Assembly (NCBI GenBank): GCA_963829465.1
Contig: CAWHJE010000020.1
Span: 103,935-167,934 of the forward strand
Direction: 5' to 3'
Length of the DNA: 64,000 bases
From: an uncultured Alphaproteobacteria bacterium
GTDB lineage: Bacteria; Pseudomonadota; Alphaproteobacteria; Rhizobiales; Xanthobacteraceae
A program made the translations under genes and the position numbers. Every line of letters begins with the position of its first letter. Positions within the stretch are counted from its first letter, which is position 1. The notes under the pieces were generated by a model, which saw nothing but the letters and a program-made list of their open reading frames with translations, had not been told where the DNA came from and ran no database searches. Below are positions 29,858-40,061 of this stretch, piece after piece.

Positions 29858-31285
29858 ATGACAGACCAGTCTGATATTGCTGCAATGCAGCAAGCCGGCC
29901 GGGGATCCAAGATGGCGATCGGAGAATTTGGCGGCGCGCCCGCAATGCCGGGCGGCGCCTTATTGTCGACGCCGCTTTATTGGTTCTATGAAATGAGCCA
30001 CGCGGCGCTCAACCCGGCGCGCGCGGTGGCCGACGCCACGCGGCTGCTTTTCAAGAATCCGCTGAATCCGCTCTACCTCACCACTTTCGGAAAATCGATC
30101 GCTGCGGCCGCCGAGGTTTTCGAGCGGTCGACACGCCGTTATGGCCGCCCGGAATGGCGGATACCATCGACGCTGGTCGGCGGCGAGCGCGTGCCGATCA
30201 ATACAACGACCGTTTGGGAGCGTCCGTTCTGCCGGTTGACGCGCTTCGAGCGCGCGCTCGAACATCGGCCGCGCCGTCCGCAGCCCCGGCTGCTGATCGT
30301 TGCACCGATGTCGGGGCATCATGCAACGTTGCTGCGCGGAACGGTCGAGGCTTTTCTTCCCAATCACGATGTGCACATCACCGATTGGCAAGATGCGCGG
30401 ACGGTGCCGCTGTCCGAAGGCCGTTTCGATCTCGACGACTATATCGACTACGTCATCTCGATGTTGCATGCGCTGGGCGGCGACACCCATGTTGTTGCCG
30501 TTTGCCAGCCGGCGGTACCGGTGCTTGCCGCGGTTGCGCTCATGGAGGCGGACGGCGACCCGTATGCGCCGACGTCCATGACGCTGATGGGCGGACCGAT
30601 CGATACCCGCGTCAATCCGACCGCCGTCAATGCGCTTGCCGAGAAACGCGGCATCGCCTGGTTCCGCCGCAACGTCATCACCAAGGTGCCTTTCCCCAAT
30701 CCCGGATTCATGCGTGACGTGTATCCGGGCTTCCTGCAGCTCAACGGCTTCATCACCATGAACCTCGATCGGCATATCGAGGCCCACCGAGATCTGTTCA
30801 GGAACCTGGTGAAGGGCGACGGCGACTCGGCGCAAAAGCACAAGGAATTCTACGACGAGTACCTCGCGGTCGTGGATTTGGCCGCCGAGTTTTATCTGCA
30901 GACGGTGGATACGGTCTTCGTGCGGCACGCGCTGCCGAAGGGCGAGATGATGCATCGCGACCGGCGCGTCGATCCGGGTCAGATCAGGCGGACCGCCTTG
31001 CTGACCATCGAAGGCGAACACGATGACATATCCGGCGTTGGCCAGACCGAGGCGGCCCATCGATTGTGCGTCAACCTGCCCGCCGACCGGCAAGCGCACT
31101 GGCTCCAGCCCGGCGTTGGCCATTACGGCGTATTCAACGGGTCGCGCTTTCGCTCCGAGATTGCGCCGCGCATCGCCGACTTCATCCTGTCGGCCAGTCC
31201 CAACGTAAAACGGAAGCAAAACGGCGCCGCTGGACGCCCGACCGCAAACGGTGCGGCCCGCGTGCACGCCGACAGTCTCAACTGA
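29858..31285 (+). CDS. phaZ: Intracellular polyhydroxyalkanoate (PHB) depolymerase
   Basis: ...PLYWFYEMSHAALNPARA...ERPFCRLTRFE...LLIVAPMSGHHATLLRGTVE...VCQPAVPVLAA.... The exact start is uncertain; internal Met codons precede the conserved core. Confidence 0.8.
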   Translation: MTDQSDIAAMQQAGRGSKMAIGEFGGAPAMPGGALLSTPLYWFYEMSHAALNPARAVADATRLLFKNPLNPLYLTTFGKSIAAAAEVFERSTRRYGRPEWRIPSTLVGGERVPINTTTVWERPFCRLTRFERALEHRPRRPQPRLLIVAPMSGHHATLLRGTVEAFLPNHDVHITDWQDARTVPLSEGRFDLDDYIDYVISMLHALGGDTHVVAVCQPAVPVLAAVALMEADGDPYAPTSMTLMGGPIDTRVNPTAVNALAEKRGIAWFRRNVITKVPFPNPGFMRDVYPGFLQLNGFITMNLDRHIEAHRDLFRNLVKGDGDSAQKHKEFYDEYLAVVDLAAEFYLQTVDTVFVRHALPKGEMMHRDRRVDPGQIRRTALLTIEGEHDDISGVGQTEAAHRLCVNLPADRQAHWLQPGVGHYGVFNGSRFRSEIAPRIADFILSASPNVKRKQNGAAGRPTANGAARVHADSLN

Positions 31286-31593
31286 GTCGCAACCCCCAGT
31301 CGGTGACCGCCGGACTAGTGCCCGATTTACCGCGCAAATCCGTCACCGGACTGCCGCCCAGGCGGCAAGCTTTTGAGATATCAGTGCTATTTTGGAATCA
31401 TTAGCGTCAATTTTTCCGGCGCCATTTTCGCTAAGTTATGAAACTTTATTCATTTCTTAAAATACGTTATGTAGGGTAGCGCGCTCAGTCGGGCCCCAAA
31501 ATGTTGTATACTCGCGCGGCCTCAATCAAAGGCACTATCAAGCTCTTCGGATATGGCACACTCGGCCTCGGGTGGAGTTTGGGGTCGTCGGCC

Positions 31594-32364
31594 ATGTCGT
31601 ATCGCGCGCTTCTTTACCGTCGGCCGAGTGAACCTCAGGCCATCGAAGTCGTCTTCGACCGGTCGATCTATCTCGTGCGCGTGCGGCGTCACCGACAGGC
31701 ACGCCGCTATACGCTGCGGATCCAGGCCGCGACCCGGGAAGTAATCCTGACCATTCCGCCGCGCGGCACGCTGAAAGAGGCGCGCGCGTTCGCACAGAAG
31801 CATGGTGGCTGGATCGCGGCGCGCCTTGGGCGGCTGCCAGAGGCCGTGCCCTTCGCCGAGGGAGTCGTGGTTCCGCTGCGGGGCATGCCGCACCGGATCT
31901 CCCATCGGCGCGGCGCCCGCGGCACGGTTTGGACCGAGGCGGAAGAAAGCAGCGAGCTGCTCCTGTGCGTTGCCGGCGAAGCCCCGCATATCGACCGGCG
32001 CGTCGGCGATTTTTTGCGACGCGAAGCCAAGCGCGAACTCGAAACGGCGAGCCGGCATTTCGCCAACGCACTCGGCGTTACCATCAAGCGTGTATCGGTG
32101 CGCGATCAGGCCAGCCGCTGGGGATCGTGTTCGACCGCGGGGGTCCTGTCATATTCGTGGCGGCTCATCCTGGCGCCGAGCTTTGTGCTCAACTATCTCG
32201 CGGCACATGAGGTAGCCCACCTCGTCGAGATGAATCATTCGGCCAGATTCTGGCGCCTGGTCGAGCGACTTTGTCCGGATCACGAACGGGCCAAGATATG
32301 GCTCGACGTCCACGGCAGCGATTTGCATCGCTACGGATCGTTCGAAAGCGGCCGCGACGCGTAG
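31594..32364 (+). CDS. M48-family metallopeptidase-like protein (YgjP/DUF45)
   Basis: ...RWGSCSTAGVLSYSWRLILAP...AHEVAHLVEMNHSARFW (HExxH). Confidence 0.78.
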   Translation: MSYRALLYRRPSEPQAIEVVFDRSIYLVRVRRHRQARRYTLRIQAATREVILTIPPRGTLKEARAFAQKHGGWIAARLGRLPEAVPFAEGVVVPLRGMPHRISHRRGARGTVWTEAEESSELLLCVAGEAPHIDRRVGDFLRREAKRELETASRHFANALGVTIKRVSVRDQASRWGSCSTAGVLSYSWRLILAPSFVLNYLAAHEVAHLVEMNHSARFWRLVERLCPDHERAKIWLDVHGSDLHRYGSFESGRDA

Positions 32365-32465
32365 AACCGCGCACTTTCGTCCTGGCTTTTCGGTGGAGCT
32401 GATCTTTTCGGAGAACCGGCTTACACCCCGGACCAAGTGCGGGGCCGGCTTTTGCCGATCGCGCT

Positions 32466-33308
32466 CTAATGCGGCGTCGGCGCTTGCACAGCCAGTACAT
32501 TGCCCGGCGTGGGGAAAAGGCCAAAGGACAGCTTCGTCGCCACTACGATCAGGGCGACGGCCAAGACGACGCGCAAAGCCGTTTCCGGTATGCGGACGGC
32601 AGCATAACTGCCAATCAAAATTCCCGGCACCGACCCCAGGATCAGAAAAGCGAAGACCTGCAGGTCGATCGAACCCAGCAGCCAGTGCCCAATGCCGGCA
32701 ACAAGCGTCAGCGGCACGGCGTGCGCAATATCCGTTCCCACGATTCTGACGATGGGCAATTGCGGGTACAGCAGAATGAGACACGTCACGCCGATGGCTC
32801 CGGCGCCGACCGACGACACGGAAACCATCGTTCCGAGCATCGCGCCGACAGCGACCGTGAGAGCCGCCACGTGCTTTGGCTCCAGGGAGCGAAGCCGCGC
32901 CGCGTAGCGAGCAATGATCCGGTCGCGAAAGATCAGGACCACGGCCGTTACGATCAGCGCCAGCGTCAGCGCCGCATTGACGAAATCCCGGCCGGCGGTG
33001 CCGTTGATGTCCAACGCACTCATCGCCGCGATGGTGAGGATCGTCATGGGAATGCTGCCGGCGGCGAGCCGCCGCACTACGCGCCAATCGATCGTTCCGT
33101 TGAAGCCGTGAACGACGCTGCCGACTGTCTTTGTCGCCGCCGCATGCAGAAGGTCCGTGCCGACCGCGGCCGCCGGATGAATCCCGAACAGCAGGATCAG
33201 CACCGGAGTCATCAGGGAACCGCCGCCGACGCCGGTCAAACCGACCAGCAATCCGACAACGAAGCCGGAGACCGCGTAAAGGAATTGTATCGAGCTAACC
33301 GCGCTCAC
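32466..33308 (-). CDS. TauE/SafE family sulfite/anion exporter (DUF81)
   Basis: MSAVSSIQFLYAVSGFVVGLLVGLTGVGGGSLMTPVLILLFG.... Polytopic, 280 aa. Confidence 0.82.
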   Translation of the reverse strand: MSAVSSIQFLYAVSGFVVGLLVGLTGVGGGSLMTPVLILLFGIHPAAAVGTDLLHAAATKTVGSVVHGFNGTIDWRVVRRLAAGSIPMTILTIAAMSALDINGTAGRDFVNAALTLALIVTAVVLIFRDRIIARYAARLRSLEPKHVAALTVAVGAMLGTMVSVSSVGAGAIGVTCLILLYPQLPIVRIVGTDIAHAVPLTLVAGIGHWLLGSIDLQVFAFLILGSVPGILIGSYAAVRIPETALRVVLAVALIVVATKLSFGLFPTPGNVLAVQAPTPH

Positions 33309-33609
33309 AGCGTAACCTCGCCGTCATCACGACAGAGCTTTGATCGCCAGTGCGCTGGATCTCGCGTAATCATTTCCAAATTTTAATCTAGGGGATTTTC
33401 CTCGCCTGCGCATCGGTCGGTGCGAATCTTGTTGTGAAATAAATGTTGCGGTGCATTGCAGCATTGGCGTGAAAATATCTTTCCTGACGTGAATACAAGT
33501 TGATGCGATTGTCGTTCAACGATAACAAATGGCCGGTTTCGCCGCCGCAACTTCGGTTGGCGTCCGTGTGAGCGCCGCCGTTCGCTCTTGTGGCCGTTTG
33601 GTTCGGCAA

Positions 33610-33830
33610 TATTCACCGCGTCCCTCCCCAAAGGGGCGTTTTGCCGCACCGGGTAACACTAACCCGTGAACTGCATTGCATCGGCAAAGCATACGCAATA
33701 TGTGCGGAACATAAGGCAGACCGAGCGGCTCCCCATCCCCCCGACACCCCGCCGCCCGGTTTCAATAAGCCTGAGTTGAGGCAACAACTTGAGAACCCCA
33801 AGCGCGTATCTGCTTGGGGTTCTCTTTTGC
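33610..33830 (+). ncRNA. Candidate unannotated small RNA ending at a strong intrinsic terminator; the 5' end is not defined
   Basis: A canonical plus-oriented terminator at 33791-33830 has no plus-strand gene upstream for more than 500 bp. It is preceded by a C-rich stretch (CTCCCCATCCCCCCGACACCCCGCCGCCC) and a small hairpin GAGUUG-AGGCAA-CAACUU. Possible promoters are cTTGtg..CAATAT (~33580-33612) or TTGCAT-N17-TATGTG (~33675-33703). Confidence 0.25.
33791..33830 (+). terminator. Rho-independent terminator
   Basis: Perfect 13-bp stem GAGAACCCCAAGC/GCTTGGGGTTCTC with an 8-nt loop, followed by TTTTGC on the plus strand. It could also act on the converging gdh transcript. Confidence 0.75.
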
Positions 33831-33877
33831 TCAAGCTCGGATTTGCTCAAGCTCAGAGCGCGTCGCCCGGCGGGCGG

Positions 33878-36800
33878 CTATTCCTTCACCAGATCCCCAA
33901 GCAGGCTGGCCGCAACGGCCAGCTTCGACAACGTGAGGCCGGAACCGGCGATCTCGTGAATCGCCCCGCGGATGCGTTCCACTTCGTTCTTTCGCGGCGC
34001 CACCCAAGCCTCGACGGCGCCAGCGCCGGCAGCGCCGTTGCCGACCATCGCAGCGGTCAACCTCCGCTCGGCATCGCCGATGGAATCCCGCGCCCGGTCG
34101 AGCGCCAGCCGGTCGAAATAGTCGGCGATCGGGATGTTGGTCGCCGCACTCGCGATGCGGTCGAGACCAAAGAACGCGCCGGTGGCGAAATACGTCGCCG
34201 CCACTTCGCCTACCGCCTTGCCGGTGCGGTCGGCGACCAGGACGATGTCGGTCGCGGCCGCAAGCGGCCCAAGATTGCCGATCCGAATGGCGAGTTCCTC
34301 CGGCACGCCCGCGTCCGTGAGTTCCTTCCGCCGCGCGGCGCTCGCGTTCAAGGCTTCCGGCGACAGCGCATTGTCGAGCGCCGCCGCGACCGCGGCGATG
34401 CCGTCGCGATAATGCGCGACCACGACGGCGAGGCCTTTCGCCAGCTCGACGTTGCGCAGGAACCAGATGATGCGGTCGAGCAATAGGTCCTGTACCGCTG
34501 CATAGAGATCGAGCTGAAGCTTTCCAGGGATCCGGTTGTCGAGTGCGTCGATCGCGGTGTTGAGCTCCGTCATCCCGTAACTGTCACGCACTGCGGCGAA
34601 TGACGACGCGACCGCTGCCGGCGCCGCGCCGGTCTGATCGGCGATGCGCACGATCAGCGAGGGACCGCCACGGTTGATCATCGAATTGGCAAGCTGTGTC
34701 GCGATGATCTCGCGGCGCAGCCGGTGATGCTCGAGCGCGTCGGGAAATTGTGCGGCGATCTCCTTCGGAAAATACCGCCCGAGCTCGCGGCCGAGATAGG
34801 GATCGTCCGGCACCGGGGATTCAAGCAGATCGTCGTAGAGGGTGAGCTTGGCGTAGGCGAGCAGGACTGCCAGTTCCGGGCGGGTAAAGGCCTGCGAGCG
34901 GCGGCGCCGCTCGGCGAGCTGGGCGTCGTCGGGAAGAAATTCGACGGCGCGGTCGAGCAGTCCGCGCCTTTCCAGCGTCTGCATAAGCCGCTGCAGGAAA
35001 CCGAAATCCTCCATGCCGCGCCGCTGTGAAAGCGAGAGCGCGAGTGTTTGCAGGTAGTTGTTGCGCAGCACGAGGGCTGCGACCTCGTCGGTCATGCTGG
35101 CGAGAAACGTATTGCGAGCGTCTGTCGCCATCCGCCCGTCCCGTACCGGGATGCTCAGCGCGATCTTGATGTTGACCTCCATGTCGGAGGTATTGACGCC
35201 GGCAGAATTATCGATGGCGTCGGTGTTGAGCCGCACGCCGCGCAACGCCGCCTCGATGCGGCCCCGCTGGGTCATGCCGAGATTGGCGCCTTCGCCGATC
35301 ACCTTGCAGCGCAGGTCGCGGCCGGCGATGCGGATGGCATCGTTGGCGCGATCACCCGCCGCCTCATCGCTTTCATCTGCGGCGCGGATGTAGGTGCCGA
35401 TGCCGCCGAAGAACAGAAGGTCGGCCGGCGCCGTCAGGATCGCGCGGATCAGTTCCTGCGGCGTCAGCCGCTCGCCGACGCCGAACAGCTTCTGCGCTTC
35501 CTCGGAAAGCCTGATCTCCTTCGCGGCGCGTGGAAACACACCGCCGCCCTTGGAGATGACCGTCTTGTCGAAGTCCTGCCAGCTCGATCGCGGCAGATCG
35601 AACAGCCGCCTGCGTTCGGCGAAGGCGCGATCGGGATCCGGATCTGGATCGATAAAGATGTCGCGATGATCGAAGGCGGCGACGAGCTTCGTCGTTGTCT
35701 CGCGAAGAAGGCCGTTGCCGAACACGTCGCCCGACATGTCGCCGACGCCGACCACCGTAAACGGCATCTGCCCGATATCGACGTCCATCGCGCGGAAATG
35801 GCGCTTGACCGATTCCCAGGCGCCCCGCGCGGTAATGCCCATTTTCTTGTGGTCGTAGCCGGCGGAACCGCCCGAAGCGAAGGCGTCGCCGAGCCAGAAA
35901 TCGTGGGCGATGGCGAGTTCGTTAGCGATGTCGGAGAAGGTCGCGGTGCCCTTGTCGGCGGCGACGACGAGATAGGGGTCGTCGCCGTCGTGCCGAACCA
36001 CATTGGGCGGTGGTACGACACCGGTCGTTCCCAACCCAATATTGTCGGTGATGTCGAGCAGCGTCGAGATGAAGAGCTTGTAGGATGCGGTGCCCTCGGC
36101 CTGGACCGCTTCGCGCGGGCTGCCTGCTGGCAGACGCTTCGGAATGAAGCCGCCTTTGGCGCCGACCGGCACGATCACCGCGTTCTTCACGTTCTGCGCT
36201 TTGACCAGGCCGAGGATTTCGGTGCGGAAATCCTGTGGCCGGTCGGACCAGCGGATGCCGCCGCGCGCGACCTTGCCGAAGCGCAAATGCACGCCCTCGA
36301 CCCGCGGTGAATAGATGAAGATTTCGTAGAGCGGCCGGGGCAGCGGCAACCCGTCAAGCTTGCGGCTGGTGAATTTGACGGCGATGAGGTCTTTCGGCTG
36401 CCCGTCGGGGCCGAGTTGATAAAAATTGGTGCGGATCGCCGCCTGGACCGCGTTGACAAAACGGCGAAGGATCCGATCCTCATCGAGGCTGTCGACCGCC
36501 TGCAATGCGGTCTCGATCGAGGATGCGATAAAAACCTCGCGCGCCGTGCGTTCATCCGGCGGGGCGCCGAGATGCGGGTCGAACCGGGTGTGGAACAAGC
36601 TCACGATCTGCGCCGCGACGCCGGCATGCTTGCGCAGCGTCGCCCACATGTAATCCTGCGAGAACGGCACCCGAACCTGGCGCAAGAAGCGCGACAGCGT
36701 GCGGATCAATGCGACGTCGCGCCAAACAAGTCCGGCGGCGAGCACCAGCGCGTTGTAGCCGTCGTTTTCGGCGCGTCCACCCATCACCGCCAGGAAGCAG

Positions 36801-38695
36801 CTCTCGAGCCGCTCCTTGACCGCGGTCAGCTCCAGCTTTTCGCCCGACGTGCTTTCGAGCGTCATGTCGTGAAACCAGACATCGGCCGCATCGCGCGGGG
36901 CAATGTGGTAGGTGCGCTCGTCGACGACGCGAAAGCCCATATTCTCCAGGACCGGTACCCGCTCGGAGAGCGGGATCGGCCGGCTGCGGCTCAAGACTTT
37001 GAGGCCGGCGCTTGCCGTCTGTGCCTTTGCATCGCGATAAAGCTCGACCCCGAGCGGGTGCTCGGCGGTGAGCGCTTCGACAACGCGGATATCGGAAATG
37101 GCGGAAGCCGCCGAGTAGACTTCACGATAGTCGATCGGGAAGGCGTCGCGATAACGCGCGAACAGGGTGCGGCCGCCTTGCGACGGATGCGCGAGCGAAA
37201 GCGCCTCTTCCAGCTTGTCGGTCCAGCTCCGGACGATGGCTTCGACGGCCCGATCGAGAGTGGCGCGATCTACGACCGGCGTTTCGCCCTCGTACCTTCC
37301 GATGATGAAGTGGACACGCACCAGCGGGCCTTCGGGGAAGAACGGATGGAAGGCGCGCATGCGCCCGTTGAAGGTCCTGGCAAGGTAGTCGCCGATCTTT
37401 GCCCTGATCTCGCTGTCGTAGCGGTCGCGCGGAATGTAGACAAGAACCGATACGAAGCGGTCGAAGCGATCGCGCCACGGCAGCACGCGCACCCGCGGGC
37501 GCTCGTCGAGCTGAAGGATCGCGAGCGCGAACTCGTAGAGCGTGTCCTCATCGATCTGGAACAATTCGTCGCGCGGATAGTGCTCCAGCACGTTGACCAG
37601 CGCCTTGCCGGAATGGCTCGACGGATCGAATCCGGCGCGGTTGATGACGCGATCGACCTTGCGCCGCAGATAGGGAATGGCTCGCACCGAACGCGTATAG
37701 GCGGTGGAGGTGAGCAGCCCGCAGAGTACGCATTCGCCGACGAGCTTGCCGTCGCGGTCGAAGCGCTTCACCCCGATGTAATCCAGATAGACGCGGCGGT
37801 GTACGCGAGAACGCGCCGCCGCCTTGGTCATGATCAGGAGCTTCGGCTCTTTGAGGAACTCGTGGATTTCCGGCGTGATCGTCACGAGCTGGTCGCCGCG
37901 GCGAAGCAGCCGCATCTCGTGCGACTGCAGCAGGCCGAGACCGGTGTCGAATTTGGGTTCGAGCGCATGCTCGTTGTCCGTGTAGCCATAGTCCCGCGCG
38001 CCGAGCAGGGTGAAATTGTCCGCCGCTATCCACTGCAGAAACTGGATCGCTTCGGCGATCTCCTCGGCGGGCAGCGGCGGCGGGTTGGCCTTCAATTCCG
38101 CGGCTACGTCGCTCGCGCGCGCCAGCATGGGCCGCCAATCCGCAACGGCAACGCGCACATCGGCAAGGACTTCCTCCAGCGCCGCGACGATGTCCGCCCG
38201 TTGCCCGTCATCGTCGAGGCCGGCGATATGAATGTGAATGAAGCTTTCGCGGCGTCCTTCGGCTTTGTGCGTTCCCTTGAACGCGGTCAGCCTTCCCACA
38301 TCGTCGCGCTCGACCGTGAAGACCGGATGCACGAGCAGCCGAATGTCGAGCGCGCGTTCGCTGATCTCGCCGAGCACCGAGTTGACGAGGAACGGCATAT
38401 CATCGTTGAGAATTTCAAGCACGGCGAGGTTGCCCGCCGAGCGTGCCGACGTAAAAACGATCTTGGGCGCTCCAGGCTTGCGCTCGAGCAGAAACGACCA
38501 CGATTGCTCGGCGAGCGCGGCGAGTTCTTCCGGGCTATAGCGCTCGAGATCGTCGGGCACCGCGCGGCCATACAGTTCGGTGACAAAATCCAGCGGGATA
38601 TCGCGCCGGCGTCCGGCAAGCACGGCGGTTGCCGCCCCCACAAGCGTCTCTTTCGAGGGTTCCTCATGGGGGTGGGGAATGTTCTGCACGGCCAT
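33878..38695 (-). CDS. gdhZ: Large NAD-specific glutamate dehydrogenase (~180 kDa class)
   Basis: 1605-aa ORF. Its size and blocks such as ...GGIRWSDRPQDFRTEILGLVKAQNVKNAVIVPVGAKGGF...DKGTATFSDIAN...GYDHKKMGITARGAWE are typical of the GdhB/GdhZ family. Confidence 0.92.
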   Translation of the reverse strand: MAVQNIPHPHEEPSKETLVGAATAVLAGRRRDIPLDFVTELYGRAVPDDLERYSPEELAALAEQSWSFLLERKPGAPKIVFTSARSAGNLAVLEILNDDMPFLVNSVLGEISERALDIRLLVHPVFTVERDDVGRLTAFKGTHKAEGRRESFIHIHIAGLDDDGQRADIVAALEEVLADVRVAVADWRPMLARASDVAAELKANPPPLPAEEIAEAIQFLQWIAADNFTLLGARDYGYTDNEHALEPKFDTGLGLLQSHEMRLLRRGDQLVTITPEIHEFLKEPKLLIMTKAAARSRVHRRVYLDYIGVKRFDRDGKLVGECVLCGLLTSTAYTRSVRAIPYLRRKVDRVINRAGFDPSSHSGKALVNVLEHYPRDELFQIDEDTLYEFALAILQLDERPRVRVLPWRDRFDRFVSVLVYIPRDRYDSEIRAKIGDYLARTFNGRMRAFHPFFPEGPLVRVHFIIGRYEGETPVVDRATLDRAVEAIVRSWTDKLEEALSLAHPSQGGRTLFARYRDAFPIDYREVYSAASAISDIRVVEALTAEHPLGVELYRDAKAQTASAGLKVLSRSRPIPLSERVPVLENMGFRVVDERTYHIAPRDAADVWFHDMTLESTSGEKLELTAVKERLESCFLAVMGGRAENDGYNALVLAAGLVWRDVALIRTLSRFLRQVRVPFSQDYMWATLRKHAGVAAQIVSLFHTRFDPHLGAPPDERTAREVFIASSIETALQAVDSLDEDRILRRFVNAVQAAIRTNFYQLGPDGQPKDLIAVKFTSRKLDGLPLPRPLYEIFIYSPRVEGVHLRFGKVARGGIRWSDRPQDFRTEILGLVKAQNVKNAVIVPVGAKGGFIPKRLPAGSPREAVQAEGTASYKLFISTLLDITDNIGLGTTGVVPPPNVVRHDGDDPYLVVAADKGTATFSDIANELAIAHDFWLGDAFASGGSAGYDHKKMGITARGAWESVKRHFRAMDVDIGQMPFTVVGVGDMSGDVFGNGLLRETTTKLVAAFDHRDIFIDPDPDPDRAFAERRRLFDLPRSSWQDFDKTVISKGGGVFPRAAKEIRLSEEAQKLFGVGERLTPQELIRAILTAPADLLFFGGIGTYIRAADESDEAAGDRANDAIRIAGRDLRCKVIGEGANLGMTQRGRIEAALRGVRLNTDAIDNSAGVNTSDMEVNIKIALSIPVRDGRMATDARNTFLASMTDEVAALVLRNNYLQTLALSLSQRRGMEDFGFLQRLMQTLERRGLLDRAVEFLPDDAQLAERRRRSQAFTRPELAVLLAYAKLTLYDDLLESPVPDDPYLGRELGRYFPKEIAAQFPDALEHHRLRREIIATQLANSMINRGGPSLIVRIADQTGAAPAAVASSFAAVRDSYGMTELNTAIDALDNRIPGKLQLDLYAAVQDLLLDRIIWFLRNVELAKGLAVVVAHYRDGIAAVAAALDNALSPEALNASAARRKELTDAGVPEELAIRIGNLGPLAAATDIVLVADRTGKAVGEVAATYFATGAFFGLDRIASAATNIPIADYFDRLALDRARDSIGDAERRLTAAMVGNGAAGAGAVEAWVAPRKNEVERIRGAIHEIAGSGLTLSKLAVAASLLGDLVKE

Positions 38696-38837
38696 GTTTT
38701 CCCCTCTCGGCTCTCGCGGGCGCGATTCGCTCCGATACTACTCGTGCAGCGCGCACATCCGCTACCGTAACGATCTATAATGTCGGTCTTTCCACCGCCG
38801 CGACTTGAGCAAATTTCACCGCCGCAAGGAAACAATA

Positions 38838-39473
38838 ATGGCCAAGCGAAGCAGCAAAACCGCCGTCACCAGCCCGGCGCCCAAGCCCCGGGCGTCCGCC
38901 ACGGCGGGCGACGACACGCAGATAACCGCGTTGGATCTGGCGCCAGAGAAACTTTCTCCCGAAATGGCGGCGTATTTCGCCAAATGTGAGGAAAAGCTGG
39001 GTTTCGTACCCAACGTGCTCAAGGCCTATGCCTTCGACATGAAGAAGCTTTCGGCCTTCGTCGCCATGTACAACGATCTGATGCTGGCGCCGTCGGGTTT
39101 GAGCAAGCTCGAGCGCGAGATGATCGCGGTCGCGGTTTCCGCGCACAACCGCTGCTATTACTGCCTCGTGGCCCACGGCGCCGCGGTTCGCCAGCTTTCG
39201 AGCGATCCTGCGCTTGGCGATCTGATGGCGATGAACTATCGCGCCGCGCGGCTGTCGCCGCGCGAGCGCGGCATGCTCGACTTCGCCGTGAAGCTGACCG
39301 CCGAGCCGTGGCGGATCGAGGAAGAGGATCGCGAAGAGCTGCGCCGGCTGGGCTTCACCGACCGCGACGTCTGGGACATCGCCGCCGTCGCCAGCTTCTT
39401 CAATATGTCCAATCGGGTGGCTTCCGCCACCGACATGCGGCCAAACAGCGTGTATCATGGTCAGGCGCGATAA
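38838..39473 (+). CDS. Carboxymuconolactone decarboxylase/AhpD-like peroxidase-related protein
   Basis: ATG 38838 after AAGGA. ...FVPNVLKAYAF...LSKLEREMIAVAVSAHNRCYYCLVAHG.... It has an A/P/K-rich N-terminal extension. Confidence 0.75.
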   Translation: MAKRSSKTAVTSPAPKPRASATAGDDTQITALDLAPEKLSPEMAAYFAKCEEKLGFVPNVLKAYAFDMKKLSAFVAMYNDLMLAPSGLSKLEREMIAVAVSAHNRCYYCLVAHGAAVRQLSSDPALGDLMAMNYRAARLSPRERGMLDFAVKLTAEPWRIEEEDREELRRLGFTDRDVWDIAAVASFFNMSNRVASATDMRPNSVYHGQAR

Positions 39474-39576
39474 CGTATCGCAAACAGCGATGGCGAATCC
39501 TGCGCAATTGCCTATCATGGTGTTCTTCTTGGCGCTCTTCCCGGCGATCTCGAACTCTGAGCTTCGGAGGCTCACA

Positions 39577-39984
39577 ATGCGTGCAGTCGTGGCGGCCGTC
39601 GCGGCCAGTCTTGCCGTTGCCGCCTTCAATATCGCGCCGGCCAACGCGGCGCCCCCGGCCGGCGCGGCGCCCCCTCCCGGCTCGGCGGCGCCGGCAAAGC
39701 TTTCGCCGACCGACATCCAGGCGACCTTCTTCACCGGCCAGCCTTTCACCGCGACGACGCCCTCCAGCCTCAAGTTCAAGATGACGTTCACGGCGGACGG
39801 CAAGATGAAACGCCAGCCCATCGGCACCGGCAGCAGGGGCGAGGGCACCTGGAAGCTCTCGAAGGACGGCTTCTGCACCGCCTGGAAGGGTGCCCAGGAT
39901 CACTGCTTCACGGTGGTCAACGCGGGCGACAATAAATGGTCGGTGCTCAAGGGCTCGACCATCATGGCGACGTGGAGCAAATAG
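39577..39984 (+). CDS. Secreted hypothetical protein
   Basis: ATG 39577 after GGAGG. Signal peptide MRAVVAAVAASLAVAAFNIAPANA, a Pro/Ala-rich linker, then a domain of about 90 aa containing two Cys. Confidence 0.65.
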   Translation: MRAVVAAVAASLAVAAFNIAPANAAPPAGAAPPPGSAAPAKLSPTDIQATFFTGQPFTATTPSSLKFKMTFTADGKMKRQPIGTGSRGEGTWKLSKDGFCTAWKGAQDHCFTVVNAGDNKWSVLKGSTIMATWSK

Positions 39985-40061
39985 CTAAGGCATTTTGTCT
40001 TCGCCGCCTCCCGGTCTGGAGTCATCCCGCGTCAACGGCGGCTACAGTTGAGACCTGCCCT

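Noticed and set aside
31435-31480. 13-codon mini-ORF (MKLYSFLKIRYVG) in the A+T-rich phaZ/DUF45 spacer
   Set aside because: It has no Shine-Dalgarno and is too short to support. The A+T-rich stretch is more simply a promoter region.
33621-33645. CCCC-AAA-GGGG hairpin followed by CGTTTTG as a possible terminator
   Set aside because: It has only a 4-bp stem, which is too weak to call.
36416-38770. 784-aa plus-strand ORF, plus the other long plus-strand ORFs at 35048..36310 and 33590..34486
   Set aside because: All are antisense to the 1605-aa NAD-glutamate dehydrogenase gene. They show no recognisable motifs and have typical shadow-ORF composition.
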